Below, one piece after another: positions 20,390 to 30,858 of a stretch of DNA of 64,000 nt. The position numbers and the translations under genes are program-made. The stretch comes from Candidatus Uhrbacteria bacterium. GTDB lineage: Bacteria; Patescibacteriota; Patescibacteriia; JACRJV01. The notes under the pieces are model-generated. The model was not told the origin of the DNA. It saw only the letters and a program-made list of their open reading frames with translations, and made no database searches. Each line of letters opens with the position of its first letter. Within the stretch, counting starts at the first letter, position 1. Location: contig JACRJV010000026.1 in NCBI GenBank assembly GCA_016215325.1, positions 95,955 to 159,954 of the forward strand. Direction: 5' to 3'.

Positions 20390-20495
20390 ACCATGTACTT
20401 CCTTTTAAAAGCGCCTACAAAGGATTTATCCCATACCCCTCTCATGAAAGCCGCTTAAGACAGTCCGGCGGATTGTCTTTCTTGATAGCGAGGAC

Positions 20496-21785
20496 TCATC
20501 TCCACCACCACTGCTGTCGCACCAGCAACTGCGCCGCTTCTAAGGGTTTGGCCATCAGCTCTTTCACCACGCGCTCCATGCGCATCACTTGCGAGCCCTT
20601 CACAAGGATGACATCCCCCTCGCGAATATTCTCTTGCAGGAATCTCCCCGCTTCCCACGCATCCGTCATTTTGTATACCCTCTCCGGCGGGAAACCCGCC
20701 GCAATCGCTTCGGAAGCAAAGAATCGCGCATTAATCCCGACCACCACCAGCGCCCCGGGCCGCTTCTCTGCAATGGTTTTGCCAACGTCTCGATGCGCGC
20801 TTTCGGTCTCGGCTCCCAAATCGGCCATATCACCGAGCACGGTCCAGGTAGTGCGCCCCTCATTGAGGCCAAGATACTCCAATACGTTCACAGCCTGCAG
20901 TACTGCCTTTGGCGAAGCATTGTACGAATCGTCAATCAATATCGAATTGCGGATCCCATCCAAAATGCGCATCCGTCCCGCGGGCCATTCTACGCGCTTG
21001 AGTGCATCGCTGACCGCAATGAGATTCATGCCTTGCGATAATCCCACTGCCGCAGCCATGCAGCTGCTTTCGACCACGGCCCAGCCGGCGACGTCCACGA
21101 GCGTGCAGGGGACGACCGAACCGTTCCAATGCAATTTAAAAAATGTTCCTCGGCCCGGCGCCCCTCCTGGTCGGGAGACGCGGATGCTCACATCCGTCGC
21201 AAACACATCGGCGCTCGAATCGATCCCGGCCGTCGTCATACGAGCGCGCGTGGCCCCCTTCACATCCCACGAGCGCGCCACGGAGCTATTCACGATCGCT
21301 GAACCGTTTGCCGGCAAGGCAGAAAGCAAACTAAGTTTTTCTTTTGCGACATGTTGAATCGTGCGCAACTTCTCCAAATGGACGGCTGAAATGGATGTGA
21401 CGACTCCCACGTGCGGCCGCACCCAGCGGGCAAGCCGCGCAATATCGCCCGGTCGATCCGCCCCAAGCTCAAGGACGATCGTCTTGGGGTATGAGCTGTC
21501 GTGCCACAAGAGCATCCCTACCCCGCGCGCGAGCACTCGCAACCATTTCCAGGGCGATCCCGCGGGGTACTGCCCCCCGATAATAGTCAGCGGCACCCCC
21601 CAATCGGTATTAAAACTCCCTTGTGCCACGCGCGTTGTGGGGTCAGAAGCGGCCAACAAGGCGCCAATCGCTTGCTTGGTTGAGGTCTTTCCCACCGATC
21701 CGGTCACGGCAATAATCCGCGGTTGATAAATAGACAGCAACGACCGGGCTATTTCGGTGATCATCCGGCGGAGCAGACGTTTCAT
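20496..21785 (-). CDS. murF: UDP-N-acetylmuramoyl-tripeptide--D-alanyl-D-alanine ligase
   Basis: Mur ligase P-loop TGSVGKTSTK, the GxDRxxD-type middle domain, and position within the dcw cluster. Confidence 0.8.
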   Translation of the reverse strand: MKRLLRRMITEIARSLLSIYQPRIIAVTGSVGKTSTKQAIGALLAASDPTTRVAQGSFNTDWGVPLTIIGGQYPAGSPWKWLRVLARGVGMLLWHDSSYPKTIVLELGADRPGDIARLARWVRPHVGVVTSISAVHLEKLRTIQHVAKEKLSLLSALPANGSAIVNSSVARSWDVKGATRARMTTAGIDSSADVFATDVSIRVSRPGGAPGRGTFFKLHWNGSVVPCTLVDVAGWAVVESSCMAAAVGLSQGMNLIAVSDALKRVEWPAGRMRILDGIRNSILIDDSYNASPKAVLQAVNVLEYLGLNEGRTTWTVLGDMADLGAETESAHRDVGKTIAEKRPGALVVVGINARFFASEAIAAGFPPERVYKMTDAWEAGRFLQENIREGDVILVKGSQVMRMERVVKELMAKPLEAAQLLVRQQWWWR

Positions 21786-21860
21786 AACGAGATTGAATGA
21801 TGTATTAATTTATTACTTTATTCGTTTGTTGACGCACACCAAAAATAAATAAACGAAAAA

Positions 21861-23624
21861 CTATCTTGAGATCGTTCTCGTCGGCGGAATCTGATCATAT
21901 GGAAGCAAAAATTTGATAATTTTGCCAGCAGTGGGAACAGCGGTCGCCTCCGCATACAACGCTTCCGGGCTCTTAATGCTCACCACCACCAAAAACGATG
22001 GGTCTTCTACCGGACCAAACCCGACAAATGTATGATTAAATTTGCTGGTATACCCCCGGGCTCCCTGCGCGGCAATTTGGGCCGTCCCGGTTTTCCCCGC
22101 AATGTAGTATCCTGGGGCAGCAGCGCCTTTCGAGTGCCCCTCTTCGACCACTTCTACCATCATACTGGAAATGAGCGAACTAGTTTCCGGTGAAATCACT
22201 CGGATCTTGGGCTTTGGCACTTGATTGATGGTTATCCCATCGGATGTACGGAAGGACTGGATAATGGTCGGCGCAACAAGCTCCCCCCCGTTGGCAATGG
22301 CCGAGAATGCCCGTGCTAACTGGATCGGAGTCACCGTAATGCCCTGCCCGAACGAAGCAGTGGCGGTATAAATAAATTGCGGTTTGCCCAACGATGAAAG
22401 CCATCCCGAATTTTCGTTTGGTAATTCAATACCCGTCAACTGACCGAATTGAAAATTTTTGATGTATTTGGTCAACCGATCTCCGCCCAAGCGTTGGGCA
22501 ACAAATACCGCACCCGTATTAATCGATTCTTTGAGCACCCCCACCATGTCCTGGAGCCCGTATGACTTATCGGCGGCATTATGGATCGTATCGGGTCCGA
22601 TGCTCACAAACCCTTGGTCTACATAGGTCGTCTTCGGGTTTACCGCCTTTTCTTCGATACCGGCAGCCATGGTGATCACCTTCATCACAGAGCCCGGTTC
22701 GTAGGCATCATCAACCGCCAAATGATTGTACACCCCGATATCGCCCACTGCATTATAACTATTCGGGTCAAACGATGGCAGCGAGCATAGCGCTCGAATC
22801 GCGCCGGTCTTAGGGTTTAACACGATCACGCTTCCGCCGAGTGCTTTAAACCGATCAACGGTTTCCTTGAGCGCCTCGCAGGCGGTAAACTGCACCGACC
22901 GCTCAATGGTGAGGATGATATTAATCCCGTCCATGGGCTTACTGCTGCTCGTCCCCGGCGCTGGAATCAATCGGCCGCGTCCATCGCGCAACAGATACTC
23001 CCACCCTTTCTGTCCGGACAATTCTTTGTCAAAATACCCTTCAATTCCATATTGCCCGCGCAAGGTATCATCGTCTTGGCGCACAAATCCCGTGATGGAC
23101 CCCAAGAGCTCCTTTTCCGGGTATATTCGCCCGGCAGATGACTGGGTATAAATCCCCTTCCAATGCTGCTGCTCAATCTGTTGGGCGGTGGCCACATCTA
23201 CACGCCGCTTGAGCGCTGCGTACTGCGTGTCGCGTTTGGAGAGTTTGGCGGCCACCTCTTTTGGATCGAGTGAAAGCAGACGCGCGAGCTGCTCGGATAC
23301 GATTCCCCCTTCTTCCACTTCTGGCGGCACGGCATACACCGTCACAAATGGTTGATTGGCCGCCGCCGGCAACTCTTCTTGGCCGTGGTCATCGGTAATA
23401 GAGATTTCGCCACGGCTGGGCAGCACCTTTAAAATTTTTTGCCGGCGAACAAAGATGTCCTGTCCAGAATTGCCGCTCGAACGGATAATCTGAATCCAAA
23501 ATAATCGGGAAATAATCAATACCGCAATCAATGCGCAACCCATCATGCCGATCCAATACCGCTGCCCAGTATTGATGATGTGGGGAGTAAAAGAATGCCG
23601 CACACCCGGACCCCGAGCATTCAT
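21861..23624 (-). CDS. ftsI: Peptidoglycan D,D-transpeptidase (PBP2 / FtsI class)
   Basis: N-terminal TM; active-site SxxK (GSVMK); SxN; KTG (AGKTGTAQ). Confidence 0.8.
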   Translation of the reverse strand: MNARGPGVRHSFTPHIINTGQRYWIGMMGCALIAVLIISRLFWIQIIRSSGNSGQDIFVRRQKILKVLPSRGEISITDDHGQEELPAAANQPFVTVYAVPPEVEEGGIVSEQLARLLSLDPKEVAAKLSKRDTQYAALKRRVDVATAQQIEQQHWKGIYTQSSAGRIYPEKELLGSITGFVRQDDDTLRGQYGIEGYFDKELSGQKGWEYLLRDGRGRLIPAPGTSSSKPMDGINIILTIERSVQFTACEALKETVDRFKALGGSVIVLNPKTGAIRALCSLPSFDPNSYNAVGDIGVYNHLAVDDAYEPGSVMKVITMAAGIEEKAVNPKTTYVDQGFVSIGPDTIHNAADKSYGLQDMVGVLKESINTGAVFVAQRLGGDRLTKYIKNFQFGQLTGIELPNENSGWLSSLGKPQFIYTATASFGQGITVTPIQLARAFSAIANGGELVAPTIIQSFRTSDGITINQVPKPKIRVISPETSSLISSMMVEVVEEGHSKGAAAPGYYIAGKTGTAQIAAQGARGYTSKFNHTFVGFGPVEDPSFLVVVSIKSPEALYAEATAVPTAGKIIKFLLPYDQIPPTRTISR

Positions 23625-23629
23625 ACGCT

Positions 23630-23977
23630 CTACGGCGTCCCGACCCGATAGGCAACCGGGGAAGCGGGACGAGCGTATTCAACCGCACCTTCGGGGATAA
23701 AGCTCAACTCTTTCAACCGCTTTGCGACAGAATTCATCGACTGCGCAATAGAAGCGTTCTGCTTAATCTTCGCCAATTCTTCTGCTGTTTGCGCCGAAGT
23801 GGTACGCAGCGATTGAATTTCGTAGCCCTTTGTCGACACATCATTCACCAAAAACACGTAGGTCACACCGGCCGTGGCCGTAAGGATTGCCAACAGCAAC
23901 TGCAGACGGATGGAACCGCGTGCCATCTTGCGACGCGTGCGAAATACCGTTTGTCGTCCAAGTTGGTGGTGGAGCAT
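23630..23977 (-). CDS. ftsL: Cell-division protein FtsL-like (single TM plus coiled coil)
   Basis: Sits between rsmH and ftsI; TM LLLAILTATAGVTYVFLV followed by a coiled coil. Confidence 0.55.
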   Translation of the reverse strand: MLHHQLGRQTVFRTRRKMARGSIRLQLLLAILTATAGVTYVFLVNDVSTKGYEIQSLRTTSAQTAEELAKIKQNASIAQSMNSVAKRLKELSFIPEGAVEYARPASPVAYRVGTP

Positions 23978-23980
23978 AGA

Positions 23981-24931
23981 TTATACGTGTTCGGCGGCCC
24001 GCAATCGTGCACTGCGCGAGGTGGGGTACTGGCGGAGTTCTTCGGTCGAAGGAGTAATAGATCTTGCCGTTAACAATTTGACGGTCGCCGAGGTACCGCA
24101 AATGCAAATCGGCGCCTCGGGCGGGCAAACGCAGGACTTCGCTAACATCCGCAGCGTCTGTTTTACAATCCGATCTTCGAGCGAATGATACGAAATAATC
24201 ACAATCCGGCCGTTTGGGTTCAGGACATCCACCCACACCTTGATGGCACGCTGGATAATGGCCAGCTCATCATTGACCGCAATCCGAAGGGCTTGGAGCA
24301 CCAGTGTCATCGGATTGTGGCGGCGATGCGCTCGCACAAGAGGGACAACAAGGAACTCTAACTCGCCAACAGTGGTCAGCGGCGATACGCCGCGATACTG
24401 GACGATAGTGCGTGCAAGCTGTTTTGCAGATGGCACTTCTCCATATTCGCGCAACCAGCGTTCGATCTCTTGCGCACTCTTGTCGCGTAAGAGGTCTGCA
24501 GCGGTCGGGATGGCGGCGCTCGGATCAAATCGCAGATCCAACGGGGCGGAGGCGTAGCGGAAACTCATCCCGCGTCTGGGATCTTCGAGGTGCTGGATCG
24601 CCACTCCCAGATCGAGCAGCACTCCATCGACGTGGGTTTTACCGGCAGCCCCGAGAATCTCTGCCACGTGGTCATAAGAGTTATGGACAAGCATGACACA
24701 ACTCTTCCAGGCAGCAAGGGTTTCCGCGGCAGCCAGCAGCTGCTGCGGATCTCGATCGACGCCGATGAGCATCCCATCATGACCAGCGCAAATGACTTCT
24801 GCAATGCGTTTGGCATGCCCTCCGGATCCGACAGTACCATCGACCACTGTCTGACCGGGAGCGCACGCTAAGTATTGAATAGCTTCATTCGCGAGGACGG
24901 GATGATGGCTCAAAAAAATTCCAATTTCCAA
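23981..24931 (-). CDS. rsmH: 16S rRNA (cytosine1402-N4)-methyltransferase RsmH / MraW
   Basis: VDGTVGSGGHA…, DLGVA-type SAM-binding motifs; gene adjacent to mraZ. Confidence 0.85.
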   Translation of the reverse strand: MEIGIFLSHHPVLANEAIQYLACAPGQTVVDGTVGSGGHAKRIAEVICAGHDGMLIGVDRDPQQLLAAAETLAAWKSCVMLVHNSYDHVAEILGAAGKTHVDGVLLDLGVAIQHLEDPRRGMSFRYASAPLDLRFDPSAAIPTAADLLRDKSAQEIERWLREYGEVPSAKQLARTIVQYRGVSPLTTVGELEFLVVPLVRAHRRHNPMTLVLQALRIAVNDELAIIQRAIKVWVDVLNPNGRIVIISYHSLEDRIVKQTLRMLAKSCVCPPEAPICICGTSATVKLLTARSITPSTEELRQYPTSRSARLRAAEHV

Positions 24932-25004
24932 TTTCCAATTTCCAATGAGCGATCGGCATCGATATTGAAAATTGAAAATTGAAAATTCATTGTAAATTGA
25001 AAAT
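24918..25004. repeat. mraZ-rsmH intergenic palindrome: (TTCCAAT)x4 on the left arm, (GAAAATT)n on the right
   Basis: attccaatttccaatttccaatttccaat … gaaaattgaaaattgaaaattcattgtaaattgaaaattt. Confidence 0.7.
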
Positions 25005-25469
25005 TTATACTCCCAGTTCTCTCATCTGCTCGGCAATATCCACACTATTGGTTTCTGCCTGGAGCTTGTACTGCTCCCACGCCTCCTCATCCCATAATTC
25101 GATCCGAGAATACAAACCGGCGACAACCACCTGCTTATTCAACTTTGCGTATTGGCGGAGGTATTCGGGCAATACGATCCGACCATTACCATCGAGCTCC
25201 GCGTCCATAGCGCCGCCGAACATGAGCCGAGCGAATGCCCGCGGATTGGATTGGGATATCGGCAGCGCGGAGAGCTTTTCTGCCAACTGCTTCCAGGAGT
25301 CTGCGGGGAACAAAAAAAGACACTGGTCAATTCCGCGAGTAACAACAGCGCCTTTCTTGAATTGTGCTTGATATTTTTTGGGGATGGCAAGCCGCCCCTT
25401 ATCGTCCAATGTGTGGTGGTATTCTCCGATGAAGATTGCCATACGTGAATGAACAGGACTTATCCCCAC
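25005..25469 (-). CDS. mraZ: Transcriptional regulator MraZ
   Basis: MFLGEYHHTLDDKGRLAIP motif duplicated (…GAMDAELDGNGRIVLP…). Confidence 0.9.
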   Translation of the reverse strand: MGISPVHSRMAIFIGEYHHTLDDKGRLAIPKKYQAQFKKGAVVTRGIDQCLFLFPADSWKQLAEKLSALPISQSNPRAFARLMFGGAMDAELDGNGRIVLPEYLRQYAKLNKQVVVAGLYSRIELWDEEAWEQYKLQAETNSVDIAEQMRELGV

Positions 25470-25546
25470 TTATATCCACTTTGAACCACTATGTACCAAT
25501 TATACTCCAAATTGTCCACAACGTCAACCAATCTTAACCACAGGTC

Positions 25547-25647
25547 GCTGAACGAATTACGACCGAATCAGACCGAATAGTCAAGAACATAAAAGACCAC
25601 GCACGGGGGCGCGGCTCATTCGTCCTGATTCGTTAGATTCGTTCAGT
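25547..25647. repeat. Palindrome upstream of mraZ: gctgaacgaat-tacgac-cgaatcagaccgaatag … cctgattcgttagattcgttcagtg
   Basis: Arms of about 25 nt built from (CGAATCAGAC)-type units, roughly 45 nt apart. Confidence 0.6.
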
Positions 25648-26068
25648 GTTTCGCTGATTTTGTGATATTCGGCTTTCTGCCATAGCGAATTGTTGGCAGT
25701 AACCGTGCAGGGAATCGGCCCCAAACGGGGGGGAGGTCGATCGGATGTTCTAATAGATTCATGGGGAGATATCGAACAAACGGAGTGTCAGAGTTTGTAC
25801 GAGCCAGGATATGCGCAAACACGATTGCCTGTCGCAAACGGCTAAACGGCCCGGGACCGCGATAAACACCCACCTCAAGTCCTTCGTGCGGTATTGGGAT
25901 AAGCATCGATTCCGCCAGCTCTGGGAAAGACTCGCGCGCCAAGCCATACGATTCTTTCCAGTCCCAACGGCTTGTCAACCGTCGCCCCAACAAGATCCGG
26001 CGATTAAGGCCGTCGACAATCAGAATAACCCGGGGGGTGTGTATTATTTTTTTGGTATTCATAGTCAC
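25643..26068 (-). CDS. tsaB: TsaB/YeaZ-like tRNA t6A protein (short, N-terminal ASKHA half only)
   Basis: VILIVDG near the N-terminus, then …GVYRGPGPFSRLRQAIVFAHILA, which matches the TsaB GPGSFTGLRIG motif. Confidence 0.45.
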   Translation of the reverse strand: MTMNTKKIIHTPRVILIVDGLNRRILLGRRLTSRWDWKESYGLARESFPELAESMLIPIPHEGLEVGVYRGPGPFSRLRQAIVFAHILARTNSDTPFVRYLPMNLLEHPIDLPPVWGRFPARLLPTIRYGRKPNITKSAKH

Positions 26069-26105
26069 TCTACGCTATACTAACATCAAATAGCTCCCCC
26101 TTGCC

Positions 26106-28403
26106 ATGGCCGAATCCTATTTTTTGCCATTTGAATACCCGCATAAAAGCACGAGTCGCTCTCATCGCGTCTGGGTTGCTCCTGTTTCGAGTCGGCAACA
26201 AGAATCCTGGGGCACGCTGTGTGCCGTGGTTCAGGTCCCCTCTTCCGCCAATGCCGACCATCTCTTCCGCCAATTGTGCGATCTATTTACCAAGTTGTAT
26301 TATCCCACCACCATCGCAACAAGAACCAAACAGAGCCAAAGCGATCAAGCGCACGCGCGCACGCTCCAGTTTGAACAAATGCTGCAAGAGCTCAACGAAG
26401 ATTTTGTCAATCTCGAACGATTCGGGATTGATGCGCGAGAGCGCACGGAATTTGACGTATTGCTCGCACTCATCCACCCCGACGAAGTATTGATTGCCAA
26501 CCACGTTGGCGCACATGCCTGGTTCGTGGGCGCCAACGGCCAAGGACCATCAGAAGATTTCCGGATGGAGCAGCTCACAAATGAAAACAATGGCGAAGAC
26601 TTCTTCTCGTCCGTAACCAGCGGCACCTTGTCTTCCAGCGAAACAATCGTATTGGCCACGGGAGATTTTTTCTCGTATTGGCGGCCCGAGCGGGTGATCC
26701 ATCAGATCGATACGGCCGAAAGCACCGAAGAGCTCCTAGAGATATTAGAACAGGAAGGCAACGATTCGCAAGCACAACCGCAAGCGGCATTATTTGTTCT
26801 CGGGTTAAGCCCCGAAACCCAATCGGAGCCAGAAGAAGGAGAGGACGAAGAACCAGTCTCGGAGTCCGGCGAGGTCTCATCACGGCCCACAAGGCCTGGG
26901 ACGCACACCACAACATCCCCCCAATCCAATGGCCGGCAACTTCATCAAGCTGCCCAAGCAACAGTTGTATCGTTAGCGCCGATCCTGCAATTTTTCGCCA
27001 ACGCCGTCATCCGCAGCGTGCGATCTCTTGGGGTCGGGAGCGTACGCGCCGTCCGCTGGCTTGTCCGCAACCGGCATGAATTGCCGCAGGTCGCCAAAAC
27101 AATTGCAGATCGTTTCCAACGGGCAATCCGCTGGGTGGTGATGGTGTTGTTATGGTGCTGGTCGCTCGTGCGCAGCGTACTCCTGCTGCTGGGATTTGGC
27201 GTGGCAACGCTCATTGGGCACACCGCAGGGAAAGACGCGTTTGCAAAACAATTGGAGAAAGAACCGGCCATGCGCAGCGCCCGCCTCACCACTGCAATCC
27301 AACAACAGTCGAATGTTGCCAATGCCATTGCGATTGGGATGGTACTGATTATTATCGCCGGCGCCGGAGCGGTCACGCGCCTCCAATACAGCCGCCTCAA
27401 ACAACTCGAGCAAGACCAGCGCCAAGAAATTGAGCAAAAAATTACCCAAGCGCAAGGGCCGCTCATCTATGGTGACGATACGACGGCAAAGTCGCTGCTC
27501 GAGCAGGCGCGCGCATTATTAGATCAGCTCCCCGATCGCGCCAACGACCCTACCAAAAGCCAAATTCAAAAAGAATTGGATGAGTTAGCGCAGCAACTCC
27601 GGCATGAGATTCTACTGCCCGCGCCGACCGTAACGATTCCAGCGATCGAGGAGGCGGCGGCCATGGCAGCAACGCCCACAACGTTCGTGGTCGCGAGTAC
27701 GAGCCAAGTCGCTATTTTTGATGCACGCGACCTTGCCCGCAAGCGAGTCCCAAGAATTATTAAACTGCCCGCCGGCAAAATCCAAACGATCAGCTCGATT
27801 GATCTCACCACAACCCTGGCGCTGATCCATGACGGACCCAATGTTCATCGAATTCCATTAGATGGAAAATCCCCAATGACAACGGTGGCACTCCCCTCGA
27901 CGGTCGGCCGCGTTCGCACACTGTTTAACAGCCGTCTCTATGCGGTCGACGCCGCAGGGAAACAATTGCTCAAATTAAATCCTGCCAGCAATACATGGGC
28001 AAAACCCACCGTGTGGTTTACCGATCCAGCACTTCAGCTACCGCGTGGACTCAGCGCAATCGCCGTGGATGGGGCGGTGTATGCATCGACCGACCATGAC
28101 GTCGTCAAGTATTATCAAGGCAAACCAGAACTGTTTACCACCACAATCGAGCCGCCCCTTGAGCGCCCGCAACACATAATCGCGCCGGAAAATGATCCAA
28201 ATCTTTTTGTACTCGATTCAAAGAGAGTTATTGTTCTTGACAAGGGGGCAACAAAGAAAGAACGCGGCGGCATTACCGTTGGACAATTAGTGGACAAGCG
28301 CTGGAATCAGGTTCAAGATTTTGTTGTCGACACAAAACTCAAACATTTGATAGTACTGGCAGACGGCAATATTCTGCAGTACCCCCTGCCGACACTTAAA
28401 TAG
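26106..28403 (+). CDS. Large hypothetical membrane protein: cytoplasmic N-domain, acidic linker, two TM helices, C-terminal repeat domain
   Basis: Two TM helices (VVMVLLWCWSLVRSVLLLLGFGVATLIGH and VANAIAIGMVLIIIAGAGAV); acidic segment PEEGEDEEPVSESGEV; repetitive beta-rich C-terminal region. Confidence 0.5.
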   Translation: MAESYFLPFEYPHKSTSRSHRVWVAPVSSRQQESWGTLCAVVQVPSSANADHLFRQLCDLFTKLYYPTTIATRTKQSQSDQAHARTLQFEQMLQELNEDFVNLERFGIDARERTEFDVLLALIHPDEVLIANHVGAHAWFVGANGQGPSEDFRMEQLTNENNGEDFFSSVTSGTLSSSETIVLATGDFFSYWRPERVIHQIDTAESTEELLEILEQEGNDSQAQPQAALFVLGLSPETQSEPEEGEDEEPVSESGEVSSRPTRPGTHTTTSPQSNGRQLHQAAQATVVSLAPILQFFANAVIRSVRSLGVGSVRAVRWLVRNRHELPQVAKTIADRFQRAIRWVVMVLLWCWSLVRSVLLLLGFGVATLIGHTAGKDAFAKQLEKEPAMRSARLTTAIQQQSNVANAIAIGMVLIIIAGAGAVTRLQYSRLKQLEQDQRQEIEQKITQAQGPLIYGDDTTAKSLLEQARALLDQLPDRANDPTKSQIQKELDELAQQLRHEILLPAPTVTIPAIEEAAAMAATPTTFVVASTSQVAIFDARDLARKRVPRIIKLPAGKIQTISSIDLTTTLALIHDGPNVHRIPLDGKSPMTTVALPSTVGRVRTLFNSRLYAVDAAGKQLLKLNPASNTWAKPTVWFTDPALQLPRGLSAIAVDGAVYASTDHDVVKYYQGKPELFTTTIEPPLERPQHIIAPENDPNLFVLDSKRVIVLDKGATKKERGGITVGQLVDKRWNQVQDFVVDTKLKHLIVLADGNILQYPLPTLK

Positions 28404-28498
28404 TACAAATCGCTGACCGAATACGAAAACGCCGTCCAATGTTAGACGGCGTTTTTCGATTCGGGAAAATTCGGACCGGGTTCGGTCACCGATTCGTA

Positions 28499-28909
28499 CT
28501 ACTTGAGGGTTACTTTCCCGCCAGCCTCTTCCAGCTTTTTCTTGATGGTTTCGGCTTCTTGCTTTGACACGCCTTCCTTCACCACCTTTGGCGCCCCGTC
28601 CACAAGATCTTTAGCTTCTTTCAAGCCCTTTTCCGTCACCTCGCGGATCACTTTAATCACATTGATCTTGTTGGCGCCAGAATCCGTAAGTTCAACCGTA
28701 AAGGCGGTCTTCTCTTCTGCCGCTTCGGCCGGGGCGGCGCCGGCGGCCGGCATCGCACCCATCATCACCGGGGCTGCAGCGGACACGCCAAACTTCTTCT
28801 CCAAAATCTTCACGAGTTCTGCGCAATCCAGCACAGAAAGTTTTTCGATCGAATCCACCAGAGTTTTAAACTTCTCTGGCACTTCGACCACTTGCATTTC
28901 TTCAGACAT
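28499..28909 (-). CDS. rplL: 50S ribosomal protein L7/L12
   Basis: …[22 protein letters not shown]…, an alanine-rich hinge, and C-terminal KVIREVT…GLKEAKDLV. Confidence 0.9.
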   Translation of the reverse strand: MSEEMQVVEVPEKFKTLVDSIEKLSVLDCAELVKILEKKFGVSAAAPVMMGAMPAAGAAPAEAAEEKTAFTVELTDSGANKINVIKVIREVTEKGLKEAKDLVDGAPKVVKEGVSKQEAETIKKKLEEAGGKVTLK

Positions 28910-28915
28910 ACATTC

Positions 28916-28992
28916 GAGTGAATCCCGCTTAGCCAGTGAATCCCGCCGGCCAGCTACTGGCTCACCGGATTTACTGGATTTACTGGATTTAC
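28916..28992. repeat. rplJ-rplL intergenic palindrome: (AGTGAATCCCGC)x2 on the left arm, (GGATTTACT)x3 on the right
   Basis: gagtgaatcccgcttagccagtgaatcccgcc … ggatttactggatttactggatttact. Confidence 0.65.
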
Positions 28993-29514
28993 TTATTTCT
29001 TAGAATTTCCAATCGCGTCAATAACACTGACGAGTTGTCGAATATTGGCATTGAGCGCTCCCACCACGCCGGAAATCGGCGCATTGAGTAACCCAACCAA
29101 TTGGCCGCGCAGTTGTTGTTTTGTCGGCAGCGTACTCACCGCTGTGACCTCTTCCGCAGTAATCCATCGCCCCTCGAAGATTCCCCCGAGCGGGTTGATC
29201 ACCTCATTTTTCTTGCGGAAGGTCATCAAGACCTTTGCGGGTGCGACTTCGTCGCCATATCCCAGCAACAGACTGATGCTCCCGGCTAAGCTGCGGGCCG
29301 ACACGGTCCAACCCGTGTCCTTCACCGCCACGTCAAGCAAAGTTTTCTTGACCGAGACATATTCAGCCTGTTCTGCTTCCAGTTGTTTGCGCAGCTCCTG
29401 GCTCTGAGCAACGCTCATCGCGTTGTAGCTTGCAACCACAACAGACTTGGCACGGCCCAAATGATCCTTGAGCCCGGCAACGATTTCTTCTTTTCGACTT
29501 CGTGTTTTTGCCAT
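28993..29514 (-). CDS. rplJ: 50S ribosomal protein L10
   Basis: [19 protein letters not shown]…[21 protein letters not shown]. Confidence 0.85.
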   Translation of the reverse strand: MAKTRSRKEEIVAGLKDHLGRAKSVVVASYNAMSVAQSQELRKQLEAEQAEYVSVKKTLLDVAVKDTGWTVSARSLAGSISLLLGYGDEVAPAKVLMTFRKKNEVINPLGGIFEGRWITAEEVTAVSTLPTKQQLRGQLVGLLNAPISGVVGALNANIRQLVSVIDAIGNSKK

Positions 29515-29825
29515 AAAACAATAAAACTGTGGTTCTTATCCCACAGTGTTCTATCACTTTCCGTCACTGTCATCCTTGGGCTTGATCCCGCTTCTCGCAG
29601 AGGCGGGATGACCCGACGAGGATCCAGAAAAGAAAAGGTTTTTTCCTATCATCGGATTTACGGTCTCTGACGACCTTTAAGGCAGAGATGACCGATGGTC
29701 TGTGGAAATAGATTGTGCCAATACGATACCGGATATCGGCTGACTTGTCAACTATTCAGCACTTCCGCTACACTGCCGCTACCACAGTGTATCCTTAACC
29801 CTAACCAAGCCCGGAAGGAGGGCTC

Positions 29826-30239
29826 ATGAATCACAACGGAGGGGACCACCTCGCACTTGCCCAGGCGATCATGGTCGAGTGCATGGGCAACAACTTCACT
29901 CGGTTTCCCATGCTCAAGGATCTGATCTCGCGCAACAAGGTGAGGTTCACTCAGCTCGGGATCGAGACGGCAACCCTCAACCAGTGGGAGTTCGGCTGGA
30001 AGGAGGAGACGGAAGTCGAGGCCGAGCTCGAGCGCGAGCGGCTTCGAGACCAGGCGAAGGAGTTCCTGTACAGGGGGCTCCAGCCCTACGTCGGTCGCCA
30101 TGGCGAGACCAAAGCGCGCGTGGGGATCAAGAAGATCTTCCAGGACTTCGCGGGCGCTGCTCGCGAGAACCGCGATAAGGTCGCCAAATTCCTGAAAATC
30201 CACCCGGCAGAACTGCAACGCATCCTCGCTGGACAATAG
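29826..30239 (+). CDS. Hypothetical protein, first gene of high-GC islet 2; preceded by the strong RBS GGAAGGAGGG
   Basis: ORF with canonical SD spacing in a region clearly GC-richer than its flanks; no motif recognised. Confidence 0.45.
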   Translation: MNHNGGDHLALAQAIMVECMGNNFTRFPMLKDLISRNKVRFTQLGIETATLNQWEFGWKEETEVEAELERERLRDQAKEFLYRGLQPYVGRHGETKARVGIKKIFQDFAGAARENRDKVAKFLKIHPAELQRILAGQ

Positions 30240-30245
30240 GAGGAA

Positions 30246-30626
30246 TTGATGAGCACCGAAGAACAGGAACTCATGGAGCAACTCAAGCAGCGGATTGGTG
30301 AGGTCAGCGTCGACTCTCACCTCGCCACCGCCGAGCGCATCCGTGAGCATATGCACGATTTCAGCCCCGAACTCGTGGCAAGAGCAATCGGGGTCGAACT
30401 GCGGGTGCTGGAGAGCGTGCTGCACGCCATCGAAGTCAAGCAGGCCGCCTGGCTGCTGGAGCAGTACCGGAAGGCTCCGGGCGAGACGTGCCATGGCGGC
30501 GATCTCTGCTGGCTGATGGTCGGACGGGAAATCGCCGATCACGAAATCGGCCTCACGCCGTGCGAAAATCAGGCCCTCGGCCTGGATCGGTGCCGGCAAT
30601 TGATCCGGCAGCTCCAGCAAGCCTAG
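30246..30626 (+). CDS. Hypothetical protein, second gene of the islet operon; RBS AGGAGGAATTG
   Basis: Starts 6 nt after the previous stop and has a strong SD. Confidence 0.45.
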   Translation: MMSTEEQELMEQLKQRIGEVSVDSHLATAERIREHMHDFSPELVARAIGVELRVLESVLHAIEVKQAAWLLEQYRKAPGETCHGGDLCWLMVGREIADHEIGLTPCENQALGLDRCRQLIRQLQQA

Positions 30627-30858
30627 GGCAATCACGAATAGACCATCAACAACGAGCACTGTGGGAGCCCCGGAATCGATGCGAAGGAGGCGCGTCGGTC
30701 CGGGGTTTCTCATATTGTTCCTGCCATCCCAGACTAGAACCTGGGATCCAGAAACGTCAAAATAAACGAGTCTTGTGCTAACGTATTAACACGCTAATAC
30801 AGAACAACTAGGGCAGGAGGAATGCATGTCCCCTGCCCCGCTGAAATCGCTCCTCCCT

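Noticed and set aside
20473-21357. 294-aa + strand ORF opposite murF
   Set aside because: It is antisense to a gene carrying clear Mur-ligase motifs, and its translation is S/T/A/R-rich.
29515-29745. Possible L10 (rplJ) autoregulatory leader structure upstream of rplJ
   Set aside because: Hairpins are visible (e.g. TCCCGC…GCGGGA at about 29569-29591), but I cannot match them to the known L10-leader consensus by eye, so I left it uncalled.
29748-30713. 321-aa minus-strand ORF (MRNPGPTRLL…)
   Set aside because: It lies antisense to two + strand genes that have perfect Shine-Dalgarno sites, in the GC-richest DNA of the window. Long spurious antisense ORFs are expected there, and its amino-acid composition (L/A/E/D-rich, low complexity) fits an artefact.
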